NCBI GenBank assembly: GCA_024654525.1
Contig: JANLHI010000002.1
Location: forward strand, 16,496-80,495
DNA length: 64,000 nucleotides
Direction of reading: 5' to 3'
DNA from: Patescibacteria group bacterium
GTDB taxonomy: Bacteria > Patescibacteriota > Minisyncoccia > UBA6257 > 2-01-FULL-56-20
Under the pieces are notes generated by a model. It made no database searches. It had not been told where the DNA came from and saw nothing but the letters and a program-made list of their open reading frames with translations. The position numbers and the translations under genes were made by a program. This document shows, piece by piece, positions 29,096 through 38,072 of the stretch. Every line of letters begins with the position of its first letter. The stretch's first letter is position 1.

Positions 29096-31780
29096 ATGCT
29101 TTACGACGAATTTAACTCATATAAAAACTTTGCCGGCGCTGATGTTTTCAAAAACAAAGCGACAGAAAAATCAGATGTTTTGAAAAATCTCAATCCGGCT
29201 TTTCCGGCGCGCGAATATCAGAAGGAAGCACTGGGGCGGTTTTATTATTATTGTGAGGAATATCACCAAAAACAAAAGCCAATTCATTTGATGTTCAATA
29301 TGGCGACTGGTTCGGGGAAAACGCTCATAATGGCGGCGAATATTTTGTATTTATACCAAAAGGGCTACCGTAATTTTATTTTTTTTACTCGTTTGGGTAA
29401 CATTATTCAAAAAACCAAAGCAAATTTTCTTGATCTAAGTTCTAAAAAATATTTGTTTGCCGACAAAATCACTCTTGGCGGACAGGAAATAAAAATCAAA
29501 GAAGTTGATAATTTTGAAGGTGTAAATGATGATGATATCAATATTATTTTCTCTACCACCGCGCTTTTACACTCTCGTTTCAATTTTGCTCGCGAAAATG
29601 TTTTAACTTACGAAGATTTTGCGGAAAAGAAAATTGTTTTGATTGCTGATGAAGCGCACAACCTATCTGTGGAAACAAATAGCAAGATAAGCAAAACCGA
29701 AGAAGAAGACCGCCGAAACTGGGAAAATACAGTAATGCGGATTTTGAACGCCAACAGCCAAAAGGATAATGTGCTTTTGGAGTTTACGGCAACGGCTCGA
29801 TTAGAACAGGAATATCCTGAGATTTTGGAAAAATACAAAGACAAAGCGATTTATCGTTATGATCTGAAAGAATATCGCTTGGACGGGTTTTCAAAAGATG
29901 TGCGAACTTTGCAGATAAACGCGCCGATTATGGAACGAGCTCTTTCGGCGGTGATTATTTCGCAATATCGCCGTAAGGTGGCAGAAAAGTATAAAATCGC
30001 ACTAAAGCCAGTGGTTATGTTTAAGGCCAACAGAGTAAGTATTCCCAAAGAAGGAATATCCAAGGAACATAATCCGCAAATTGTCGTTTCAAACATTTTC
30101 AAAGACTCTTTTCATAAACTTATTTCTGAACTAGACGAAAAACACCTAAAACAGCAAACAGCAATAAAAAACGCAACATTGCAAAAAGCATTTCAATTTT
30201 TCAATGAGCAAAAAATTACTCTTGTGGATTTAGCGGCAGAAATGAAAAGCGATTTTGCACCGGAAAAATGCTTGACGGTTGATGAAGATAAAGATTTAGA
30301 GCAAAAACAAATTTTACTTAATTCACTAGAAGATCAAAACAATGAAATCCGCGCTATTTTTGCGACAGAAAAATTGAATGAAGGTTGGGATGTTTTGAAT
30401 CTTTTTGATATTGTCCGGATTTACAACAGTCGTGACGAAAAAGGCAATAAACCGGGAAAAACAACTGTGCAAGAGGCGCAACTTATCGGGCGAGGCGCAA
30501 GGTATTATCCTTTTACTCTTGGTGAATTTACTGACCCATATAGAAGAAAATTCGATACTGATATACAAAATGAATTACGGATATTGGAACAACTTTATTA
30601 TCATAGCGTAACGAATTCTAAGTACATTTCTTTACTAGAAGGAGTTTTGGTTCGTGAAGGTATTATGCCATCACGCACAGTGCAAAAAGAGATTAAAATT
30701 AGAAGCGATTTTAAAAACAGCGATTTTTGGAAGAAAGGCTATATTTTCTTAAATTCTCGCAAGGAAAATTTAGGAAAAGATGTTTTTACTCTCTCGGACG
30801 CCAAAGCAGAATTCGACCATAACGCTGAAATAAACATCTTTCAACTACCAACGCGAGAAGCGATAGAAAAAGATTTGTTTGTTGCTGGTGCTGGCGCCGG
30901 AGTAAAGGCAAAAATTAAAATCCGAGATTTTAGAATTGCTGATTTCGGAACACATATTGTCCGCATCGCTTTGGCAAAAATATCATGCGGACAGTTTTGT
31001 GAACTTAAAAAGATTTTCGGTAACATAGAATCCGCAAAAGATTTTATTTCAAATGAAAAATATCTTGGAGGCATAAAAATTAAGGTGAAAGGTACAAACG
31101 AGCAAGTAGAAAATCTTTTGCAGATTGAAAAGTTGAATATTACCGGATTTGTGATTGATAAAGTATTGGAAGTCGCCGGCAAAGAGAAAAAGGAATACTA
31201 CGGAACAAAGGAGTTTAAAGCTCACCTGATCCAAAAAATATTTGAAAATGACAAGGTGTTGCAATTAGATAGCGAAAGTCCGCGAGCGCAAAATATGCGA
31301 GATTTTGATTTTTCTTCTCGGGATTGGTTTGCTCAAAACGAAATCTGGGGAACGAGCGAGGAGGAATCATTTTTGCGTTTTATTGATGAGGCAATAACAA
31401 AGCTAAAAAAGAAATATCAAGATGTTGCACTATTTCGTAATGAGCAGTTTTTCAGAATCTACGGCTTTGAAAACGGTGAGCCGTTTTATCCCGATTTCGT
31501 TTTGTTTTTGACGGAAAAGAAAACAAAGCAAGAAGTTATGTATCAGATTTTTGTTGAGCCAAAGGGCAATCAATTTTTGGATGCACAAAATACTTTTGAG
31601 CATTCAAAAGAGGGTTGGAAGCAAAAACTATTGGTTGAGATAGAAAAAAGTCATATTGTTGAGTTGAGGATAGAAAGTAAGGATTTTCGTTTGGTTGGTT
31701 TGCCTTTCTTTAACGAGGGACAGGTGAATAGTGCCTTGCGTGAAAAGTTTGAAGAGGTGTTTGAAAAAAAATTATTATAA
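29096..31780 (+). CDS. res: Type III restriction endonuclease (Res) subunit
   Basis: A REYQ motif, Walker A MATGSGKT and DEAH box IADEAHN are present. The C-terminal nuclease-like segment reads PDFVLFL...IFVEPKG (PD-(D/E)xK). Confidence 0.85.
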   Translation: MLYDEFNSYKNFAGADVFKNKATEKSDVLKNLNPAFPAREYQKEALGRFYYYCEEYHQKQKPIHLMFNMATGSGKTLIMAANILYLYQKGYRNFIFFTRLGNIIQKTKANFLDLSSKKYLFADKITLGGQEIKIKEVDNFEGVNDDDINIIFSTTALLHSRFNFARENVLTYEDFAEKKIVLIADEAHNLSVETNSKISKTEEEDRRNWENTVMRILNANSQKDNVLLEFTATARLEQEYPEILEKYKDKAIYRYDLKEYRLDGFSKDVRTLQINAPIMERALSAVIISQYRRKVAEKYKIALKPVVMFKANRVSIPKEGISKEHNPQIVVSNIFKDSFHKLISELDEKHLKQQTAIKNATLQKAFQFFNEQKITLVDLAAEMKSDFAPEKCLTVDEDKDLEQKQILLNSLEDQNNEIRAIFATEKLNEGWDVLNLFDIVRIYNSRDEKGNKPGKTTVQEAQLIGRGARYYPFTLGEFTDPYRRKFDTDIQNELRILEQLYYHSVTNSKYISLLEGVLVREGIMPSRTVQKEIKIRSDFKNSDFWKKGYIFLNSRKENLGKDVFTLSDAKAEFDHNAEINIFQLPTREAIEKDLFVAGAGAGVKAKIKIRDFRIADFGTHIVRIALAKISCGQFCELKKIFGNIESAKDFISNEKYLGGIKIKVKGTNEQVENLLQIEKLNITGFVIDKVLEVAGKEKKEYYGTKEFKAHLIQKIFENDKVLQLDSESPRAQNMRDFDFSSRDWFAQNEIWGTSEEESFLRFIDEAITKLKKKYQDVALFRNEQFFRIYGFENGEPFYPDFVLFLTEKKTKQEVMYQIFVEPKGNQFLDAQNTFEHSKEGWKQKLLVEIEKSHIVELRIESKDFRLVGLPFFNEGQVNSALREKFEEVFEKKLL

Positions 31781-31784
31781 ACTT

Positions 31785-32306
31785 ATGAAAATCAACACTT
31801 TGACTGGTTCAACAGGCTCACCGCAAGCAAGCTCAGTGCGAGGCAACACATTCAAACTCATCATCTCGCTTATTATTCCACAATTGGCAGGAGGTCTGGG
31901 GAGCTTCTTTACCATCAGTTCGGTGAAAGATTGGTATCCGATGCTGGAGAAGCCCTTGCTCAATCCGCCAGCATGGATATTTGGTCCGGTCTGGACGACG
32001 TTGTTTCTTTTGATGGGCTACGCGCTGTATCTTGTCTGGAAGGACGAGAGCGGAAAAAGCAAACGCCTGGCCTACTTCGCTTTTGGGATTCAAATGGTTT
32101 TAAATATGCTATGGTCAATTATCTTTTTCGGTCTGCACAGTCCGGGCGGTGCGCTTATTGAGATCGTATTCCTTTGGCTCGCCATTCTTGCCACGTTTGT
32201 TGCTTTTGCGAAAATATCAAAACCGGCGGCGTGGCTCTTGTTGCCCTATATCCTCTGGGTCAGCTTTGCTATGTATTTAAACTATTCAATCTGGATGCTT
32301 AATTAG
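31785..32306 (+). CDS. tspO: TspO/MBR-family (tryptophan-rich sensory) membrane protein
   Basis: WYPMLEKPLLNPPAWIFGPVWTTLFLLMGYALYLVW and LWSIIFFGL are hallmarks of the TspO family. The start ATG follows 2 nt after the res stop. Confidence 0.8.
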   Translation: MKINTLTGSTGSPQASSVRGNTFKLIISLIIPQLAGGLGSFFTISSVKDWYPMLEKPLLNPPAWIFGPVWTTLFLLMGYALYLVWKDESGKSKRLAYFAFGIQMVLNMLWSIIFFGLHSPGGALIEIVFLWLAILATFVAFAKISKPAAWLLLPYILWVSFAMYLNYSIWMLN

Positions 32307-32329
32307 GCAAAAATTGATAAAATAGATTT

Positions 32330-32545
32330 ATGCAAAGAACGCCGGTTTCATCAACAAATATCCGCTCCATAGGCTACGATTCACAATTGGCGACTTTGGA
32401 AGTGGAGTTTACTTCTGGTGATATCTACCAGTATTTTAATGTGCCAGAACATCTGTTCCAGCAGTTTTTACACGCATCATCACACGGGCAATTTCTGAAT
32501 GACAATATCCTCCGTTATAACTACCGATACCAAAAGGTAAGCTAA
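32330..32545 (+). CDS. KTSC-domain protein
   Basis: SSTNIRSIGYDSQLATLEVEFTSGDIYQYFNVPEHLFQQF matches the KTSC-domain pattern. Confidence 0.65.
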   Translation: MQRTPVSSTNIRSIGYDSQLATLEVEFTSGDIYQYFNVPEHLFQQFLHASSHGQFLNDNILRYNYRYQKVS

Positions 32546-32549
32546 TTTT

Positions 32550-33326
32550 ATGTTTACGCCGAAAACACAGAGAATAAAAGATATTGCGAATGATAAACAG
32601 GAAGTCATTAAGCGACTTGAAGGTATTTTTCATACGAACACCCACGTTTATATTGATTACGCAAATGTGCGTCCATGGAGCGAAAAACTTGGGTGGCATA
32701 TTGATTTGAAACGGCTCAAGCAATTTTTGGATTCTTTCAGCACTATAGAGGCAATCAATTTTTATAACGGGTACCTTGCGGGCAACGAACGTTCGGAAAA
32801 AGAAAAATCAGAAGCAGAAAATTATAAATATATTCTTCGGACAAAACCCGTCAAGATACTTAATTTTTCTATCAATGCATCAAGCGTGCCGGCAGATTCA
32901 ACGGTTCTTGTGAAGCAGTTTATTCGTCGCGCGTTACTGAAGAAGTACGAGGTAGGGACTATCGAATACTTGAATCAGCGTTTTGTCGATATGAACAAGA
33001 AGGGCGAGTATTTCATTGAAGACATGAAATGCAATTTTGATGTGGAAATCGGCGTTGATATGCTACTTGATTGCGAACGGAACAGCGCTGAAACATTTAT
33101 ACTATGGAGCGGAGACAGCGATTTTGCCGATCCGATTAGAAAATTAATAGCCGCCGGCAAAAAAGTTTACTTGTTCGCGACGGCTGGCAGAATTTCCAGC
33201 GAATTGAATGAACTTAAGGAAAGCGGTCTCAAGATAGTGGATATTTTTGAGCTCAAAGAGTTTATTTGTTGGCTAAAGGAATCATCCTATAAAAGCACAA
33301 AGGACCCCGTTGCCGAGGCCCTTTAG
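32550..33326 (+). CDS. NYN-domain (LabA-like) putative ribonuclease
   Basis: FDVEIGVDML...ILWSGDSDFADPIRKLIAAGKKVY is the NYN / LabA-like PIN-type core. Confidence 0.7.
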   Translation: MFTPKTQRIKDIANDKQEVIKRLEGIFHTNTHVYIDYANVRPWSEKLGWHIDLKRLKQFLDSFSTIEAINFYNGYLAGNERSEKEKSEAENYKYILRTKPVKILNFSINASSVPADSTVLVKQFIRRALLKKYEVGTIEYLNQRFVDMNKKGEYFIEDMKCNFDVEIGVDMLLDCERNSAETFILWSGDSDFADPIRKLIAAGKKVYLFATAGRISSELNELKESGLKIVDIFELKEFICWLKESSYKSTKDPVAEAL

Positions 33327-33537
33327 CTCTAAAATCAGTGATCTTACGATCGATTGCATTGTAGCATAAGACAAGGAAAGTTGTCCACAGTTTATGGAAA
33401 TCAAATCAAAACAACCCCATACCAGTTCGCGACTGGGCAAGAAAATTAGGAGAGAAAATTAAACATTCCAACATTCTTGCTTCGCCCGTCCGTATCCTCG
33501 TGCGAAGATAAGGGGGTCAGGTACGGGATATACTTTA

Positions 33538-33618
33538 CGATCGGTTCGGTGAAAGATTGGTATCCGATGCTGGTCAAGCTGGTTCTCAATCCGCCGGCGT
33601 GGATATTCGGTCCGGTAC
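33538..33618 (+). pseudogene. TspO gene fragment (remnant duplicate of the 31914-31990 region)
   Basis: About 83% nucleotide identity over about 80 nt to the tspO N-terminal coding region (GGTGAAAGATTGGTATCCGATGCTGG...CAATCCGCC...GGATATT.GGTCCGGT). No intact ORF. Confidence 0.5.
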
Positions 33619-33947
33619 TTGCCCCCACACCAAATTGATATGTTCTACCTCTACGTTTTAAAAAGTAAAAAAGACTCTGCACGGGAAATCAGCCGACTTA
33701 TCCGCCATAGCTGGCTCCAGCGGTGACGCAAGGAGGTAGCGAAGGTGGAGTCCGCATTTCGCCCCGCCACCTACCCGGAAACCGAGCAGAAAAATATCCA
33801 CTTCCTTTTTGAAAGAAAAAATCGGTCACGCGCAAATCCGAAAAGCAAAGAATATTTTTCTTTGGGTGGTGTTTAGGATGTTATGAGGACTTCCTCACTA
33901 CTCGAAGGGGAGCGTAGAATGTTACTATCTATCTATAGTATATTAGG

Positions 33948-35108
33948 ATGAAAATCTCCAGAATAACTTTTTTTATTATTGTAATATTAGCATTGGCTGG
34001 TTTCTATGCATACAAAACCCGAACCGGGCTCCATGTCGAAAATCCATCGGTGCAACCAAGCAACGAAATCGACACATCCACGAATAATAAAGCCGATTTA
34101 CAAGTAAAAAATCTCGATATCAGTCAGAAGAACGATAATTCTTCGGCTTCTTCTGGGTCTTCGAAAATGGCGCTAAGTCCGCCGGCGGAGCGCTGTTTGA
34201 TAACGGGTACCTGTTTTGATGATCGAATATTTTTAATCACCGAGGGTGCGGATGGGAATTTTATCGATTCGGATAACAATTCTATAGATAAGGAAATTAT
34301 CTTACATTATGCCAAAAGTACGCGAAGCGAGGCGGATTTTTTGGTGGTGTTCAAAGACTGGAATGCGCTTTCTGCATTCAGCGCAGCTTATTTTATATCC
34401 GTAAATAGTAGTGATTCCGGAATGGGCATGTTAGAAAATGAAGATCGGACATATGGCTCGCGCGGTAATTTGAAAGGTCTTATTACAATGCCAAATATCA
34501 AAGTTCTTTCTGACCCCGATAGTTTTAATGCAAATATTTTTTCTTTCGCGCATGAATTAGGGCATTACTGGTTGGCGTATTTTTACGATCCATTATTGAT
34601 GATCTCGAATTCGAGTGGACACTATAATTCCTGCATGGTATTCGGGGACGGGGATATTATGACCCATGGATTCTTTAATTTTAAAAGGGTAAGCGACACG
34701 CTATTTGCCTCACCTCCGCCCGATAACGATCCACATAGAATGAAATTTAGCGACTTTTCTTTGTATGTCATGGGTTTGCTACCCGAAGAGGAAGTTGCGC
34801 CGATCGGAATTGTGAAAAGTGGTATGGACTGTGTGCAGAATGGGAAAGTGGAAAACGGGGCCATTAACGTTACGGGAGATTTTGAACAATTTACTCTTTC
34901 CGACTTCATAAAAGTGTATGGCGCTAGAAATCCCCCATACCCCAATGCGAAGAGAAATTTTACTGTGCAAGTGGCACTCCTTGTTCACCGAGATTCGCCA
35001 CTTACGCAAAACGATGCCGATACCTTCAAAAGGTACCTTGATGAAGCCGAAAACTATCTACCTTTTGCAGTCTCGAACAAAGCAACTTTTAAGTTTCTAA
35101 AAAACTGA
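33948..35108 (+). CDS. Secreted hypothetical protein with an HExxH zinc-metallopeptidase motif
   Basis: A signal/anchor segment is followed by FSFAHELGHYWL (HExxH) at about residue 200. Confidence 0.45.
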   Translation: MKISRITFFIIVILALAGFYAYKTRTGLHVENPSVQPSNEIDTSTNNKADLQVKNLDISQKNDNSSASSGSSKMALSPPAERCLITGTCFDDRIFLITEGADGNFIDSDNNSIDKEIILHYAKSTRSEADFLVVFKDWNALSAFSAAYFISVNSSDSGMGMLENEDRTYGSRGNLKGLITMPNIKVLSDPDSFNANIFSFAHELGHYWLAYFYDPLLMISNSSGHYNSCMVFGDGDIMTHGFFNFKRVSDTLFASPPPDNDPHRMKFSDFSLYVMGLLPEEEVAPIGIVKSGMDCVQNGKVENGAINVTGDFEQFTLSDFIKVYGARNPPYPNAKRNFTVQVALLVHRDSPLTQNDADTFKRYLDEAENYLPFAVSNKATFKFLKN

Positions 35109-35231
35109 GCTTAAATGGCGGGGTAAATGATATGCAAGACGAGTAGGGAATTGTAGCTGTTGTTAATCTTGCTTGACTTTAAGGTTAACATTTGTTAATC
35201 TCATCAATATATAGAGTTAACATAAAAAAAT

Positions 35232-35513
35232 ATGAAAAATAAGGGCAAAAAAGCAATATATATATCTGTAGCTGAGCTGGCAAAAATTCTTGGCATTAGT
35301 CGTATTGCTGTATTTAATAAAATAAAGAAAGGACAAATTCAAGCTGAAAAAATTGGACGTTCTTATGCTATTTCGATGGAACATGTTAATGAAATAATTT
35401 CTGGTTCTAGCTCTGGGGTATTAACAGAAGAGAAAAAGGAAGACATAAAAAAAGCTGTAGAAAAAGTTGTAAAAGAATATGGAGAAACTTTAAAACTTCT
35501 CGGTAGAGAATAA
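35232..35513 (+). CDS. Excisionase-family HTH DNA-binding protein (putative antitoxin)
   Basis: ISVAELAKILGISRIAVFNKIKKGQIQAEKIGRSYAI is an excisionase/MerR-like HTH. It lies 3 nt upstream of the Doc gene. Confidence 0.6.
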   Translation: MKNKGKKAIYISVAELAKILGISRIAVFNKIKKGQIQAEKIGRSYAISMEHVNEIISGSSSGVLTEEKKEDIKKAVEKVVKEYGETLKLLGRE

Positions 35514-35515
35514 TT

Positions 35516-35941
35516 ATGAAATTGAAGCAACTTACAATTGTAGATATAGAGTATGCAGCACATCGCTTAGCAAAAGAAACAATGAGTTGGAATAAACCGA
35601 TTCCTGATTTTAGTACTCGATATACTAATACTCTTGAAAGATGTGTTGAGGCACCGTTTCAATCATTCGGAGGAAGACAGCTATACCCCGGACTAATAAA
35701 AAAAGGTGCCATACTTTTTTATTTTATGATTAAAAATCATCCATTTCAAAATGGAAACAAAAGATTGGCTATGACGACATTATTCATATTTCTTTTTCAA
35801 AATAAAAAATGGCTTAAGGTTGATAATCAGGAATTATATAATTTTGCTCGTTGGGTTGCAGAAAGCAACGCAAAATTAAAAGAAGACACTGTTCGCGCTG
35901 TCGAAACATTCCTAATTAATTATATAACTGATATTCATTAA
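35516..35941 (+). CDS. doc: Doc-family toxin (Fic/Doc fold)
   Basis: Doc motif HPFQNGNKRLA. 141 aa. Confidence 0.8.
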   Translation: MKLKQLTIVDIEYAAHRLAKETMSWNKPIPDFSTRYTNTLERCVEAPFQSFGGRQLYPGLIKKGAILFYFMIKNHPFQNGNKRLAMTTLFIFLFQNKKWLKVDNQELYNFARWVAESNAKLKEDTVRAVETFLINYITDIH

Positions 35942-36007
35942 TTTTATGAACGAATCAGAAACGCGAGCCAAATATTTTTGCCCCTTGAAAAACTTTTGAA
36001 ATAATTT

Positions 36008-36379
36008 ATGAAAAAATCATATATATCATCAGAAACAACAGGAGCACCACTATCAGGAGCATACGAGGCAAATAATTTTATATTTGTCTCTGGTCAAATT
36101 CATATGAATTTCTCTCAACAGTTAGAGGGGATCACCATTGAAGAAAAGTTTGATATTGTTATTTCTAATGTAAAGAAAATTTTAGGTGAAGCTGGACTTT
36201 CGCTAAGCGATATTATAAGAGTTCACCTATATCTCACTGATCTAAAAGAATTACCTGCTCTCAATAAGGTCTATCTAAACTATTTTCAACATCCACTTCC
36301 TGCGCGTACCGCAGTAGGTGTTGTTGCGTTACCACTTGGTGCAAGTTTAGAAATGGATGTAATAGCGGTACGAAAATAA
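36008..36379 (+). CDS. ridA: RidA/YjgF-family protein
   Basis: The protein is 123 aa. The C-terminal PARTAVGVVALPLGASLEMDVIA matches the RidA consensus. Confidence 0.85.
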   Translation: MKKSYISSETTGAPLSGAYEANNFIFVSGQIHMNFSQQLEGITIEEKFDIVISNVKKILGEAGLSLSDIIRVHLYLTDLKELPALNKVYLNYFQHPLPARTAVGVVALPLGASLEMDVIAVRK

Positions 36380-36380
36380 T

Positions 36381-36908
36381 ATGAAACTATACCGTTTCAG
36401 CCCAATAAAAAATGAAAAGGAACTGATTGAAGCAATAAAACATACACACTTCGCTTGTTTTGAATTATGCAACAAGGCTTTTGGAAAATATCTTCCCGTT
36501 GCAGGAAATATGGGAATATTTTGCCACTATGATGATGAATATAAATTCCTTACAAAATTACGCCAAGAATTAACAGAGCAATCTGATAACTTTAATCAAA
36601 AATATTTTCGGCTTCATAATCCCATAATTATTTCCGCTCACGAAGATGTGTCGGAAACCACATATACCTATCTTTACATTCGCAGACCAGACCAATACAG
36701 AGCACAGGTTGGAGATGTCGATTTTATTATTGATGATGAAAAATATACTGAACTTAAAAAATCCCTACAGAGTGGCTCACAAATCAACGGAGCAAAAATT
36801 TTTGATCGTCCTGATTTAGACATGGTTGAGTTATCTGACCCGGATACTGATGCCCTTGCCTACATAAGTACGAGGGCAATGACAAAAAAAGTGAGAGTTA
36901 AACAGTAA
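36381..36908 (+). CDS. Hypothetical protein
   Basis: 175-aa ORF directly after ridA. No recognisable motifs. Confidence 0.35.
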   Translation: MKLYRFSPIKNEKELIEAIKHTHFACFELCNKAFGKYLPVAGNMGIFCHYDDEYKFLTKLRQELTEQSDNFNQKYFRLHNPIIISAHEDVSETTYTYLYIRRPDQYRAQVGDVDFIIDDEKYTELKKSLQSGSQINGAKIFDRPDLDMVELSDPDTDALAYISTRAMTKKVRVKQ

Positions 36909-36911
36909 TTT

Positions 36912-37895
36912 ATGGAAGAAATAAAACCAAACTGCATAATAATCCACGGCTGTCCCTCGGACGCGGAAAAGGCGATGAATCCCGCAACGCGGACATACGA
37001 TAAGCATTGGATTCCGTGGCTCAAACTAGCCCTTGTCGCCGCCGGAATAGCGACGGAAACGCCGCGTATGCCCGATCCGTGGGAGCCGAGCTATCAAAAG
37101 TTCAAAACCGAGTTTGAGAAATACGAAGTTAACGAAAACACAATTTTAGTTGGGCATAGTTGTGGCTGTGCCTTTTTGGTTCGTTGGCTTGGCGAAACAA
37201 AGAGGGAAATTTTCAAACTTGTTCTCGTCGCGCCGTGGAAAATTCCCGACAAAGATGATGAGTTTAAAAAGGAATTCTACACTTATCCGATTGACGAGAA
37301 CATAAAATTGAGAGTAAACGAAATTGTGATGTTTACTGCCGATAATGAGGAAAACGAAGGAAAGGAAAGTTTGAAAATTTTTCACCAAGCATTAGGCGGT
37401 ACGATTATCGAATTAAAAGGACGCGGACATTATAAGCTCGGAGACATGGGAACAGAGGAATTTCCAGAATTATTGGAAAAACTTGTTTCGTTCGATAACC
37501 GCAAAGCTCTTATCGTGCCCATCAATTCAAAACATCAAATTTTTATTCAAGATAGGCGCGGATATAAAAAACCGGATTGGGGTTATTTTGGCGGTGAAAT
37601 CGAAAAAGGAGAAACGCCACTACAAGCAATAATCCGCGAGACAAAAGAGGAATTGCAAATTGATGTCCGCGCCGATGAATTGAAGTATCTTGGCACCTCA
37701 ATCACACCTTGGAACGAACGCAAAATTATCCGATATATGTTTTTGTATCGTACCGATCAAGAAAAATTTAATGTTTTGGAAGGCAAGGGTGGACATTGGC
37801 TCGCATTCGAGGAAGTGCGCGAGAGATTGGACAACAAAGACAGGTTTGATGAGATATCTGATCGGATAAGAAAAGCGGAAGAAAAATCCTTATAA
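36912..37895 (+). CDS. Fusion protein: YdeN/RBBP9-like serine hydrolase + NUDIX hydrolase
   Basis: The N-terminal part reads IIIHGCPSDAEK...HWIPWL...ILVGHSCGC (Ser_hydrolase-like). The C-terminal part carries the Nudix box GGEIEKGETPLQAIIRETKEELQI. Confidence 0.65.
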   Translation: MEEIKPNCIIIHGCPSDAEKAMNPATRTYDKHWIPWLKLALVAAGIATETPRMPDPWEPSYQKFKTEFEKYEVNENTILVGHSCGCAFLVRWLGETKREIFKLVLVAPWKIPDKDDEFKKEFYTYPIDENIKLRVNEIVMFTADNEENEGKESLKIFHQALGGTIIELKGRGHYKLGDMGTEEFPELLEKLVSFDNRKALIVPINSKHQIFIQDRRGYKKPDWGYFGGEIEKGETPLQAIIRETKEELQIDVRADELKYLGTSITPWNERKIIRYMFLYRTDQEKFNVLEGKGGHWLAFEEVRERLDNKDRFDEISDRIRKAEEKSL

Positions 37896-38072
37896 TATAT
37901 AAATATGGGAAAATATAAATTTGTTAATCTAACGGTATTCATAATCTTTTTTGGAACGGCACTTTTCGAGGCATTCCAAAAACAAAATTGGATAGAGGTG
38001 ATTATATTTTTAGCCTTGGGCGTATTATCACTTTGGGCTGATTCTAAAAGAAAAACTTGAAATCAAAAAATT

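Noticed and set aside
33446-33682. 78-aa minus-strand ORF
   Set aside because: It overlaps the tspO gene fragment on the opposite strand, with no motifs. The region is better explained as a decayed tspO remnant.
24346-38000. Calling the region a bona fide integrative element at tRNA-Ala
   Set aside because: No integrase or recombinase gene and no direct repeat of the tRNA 3' end were found by eye. It is described only as an accessory or defense cluster.
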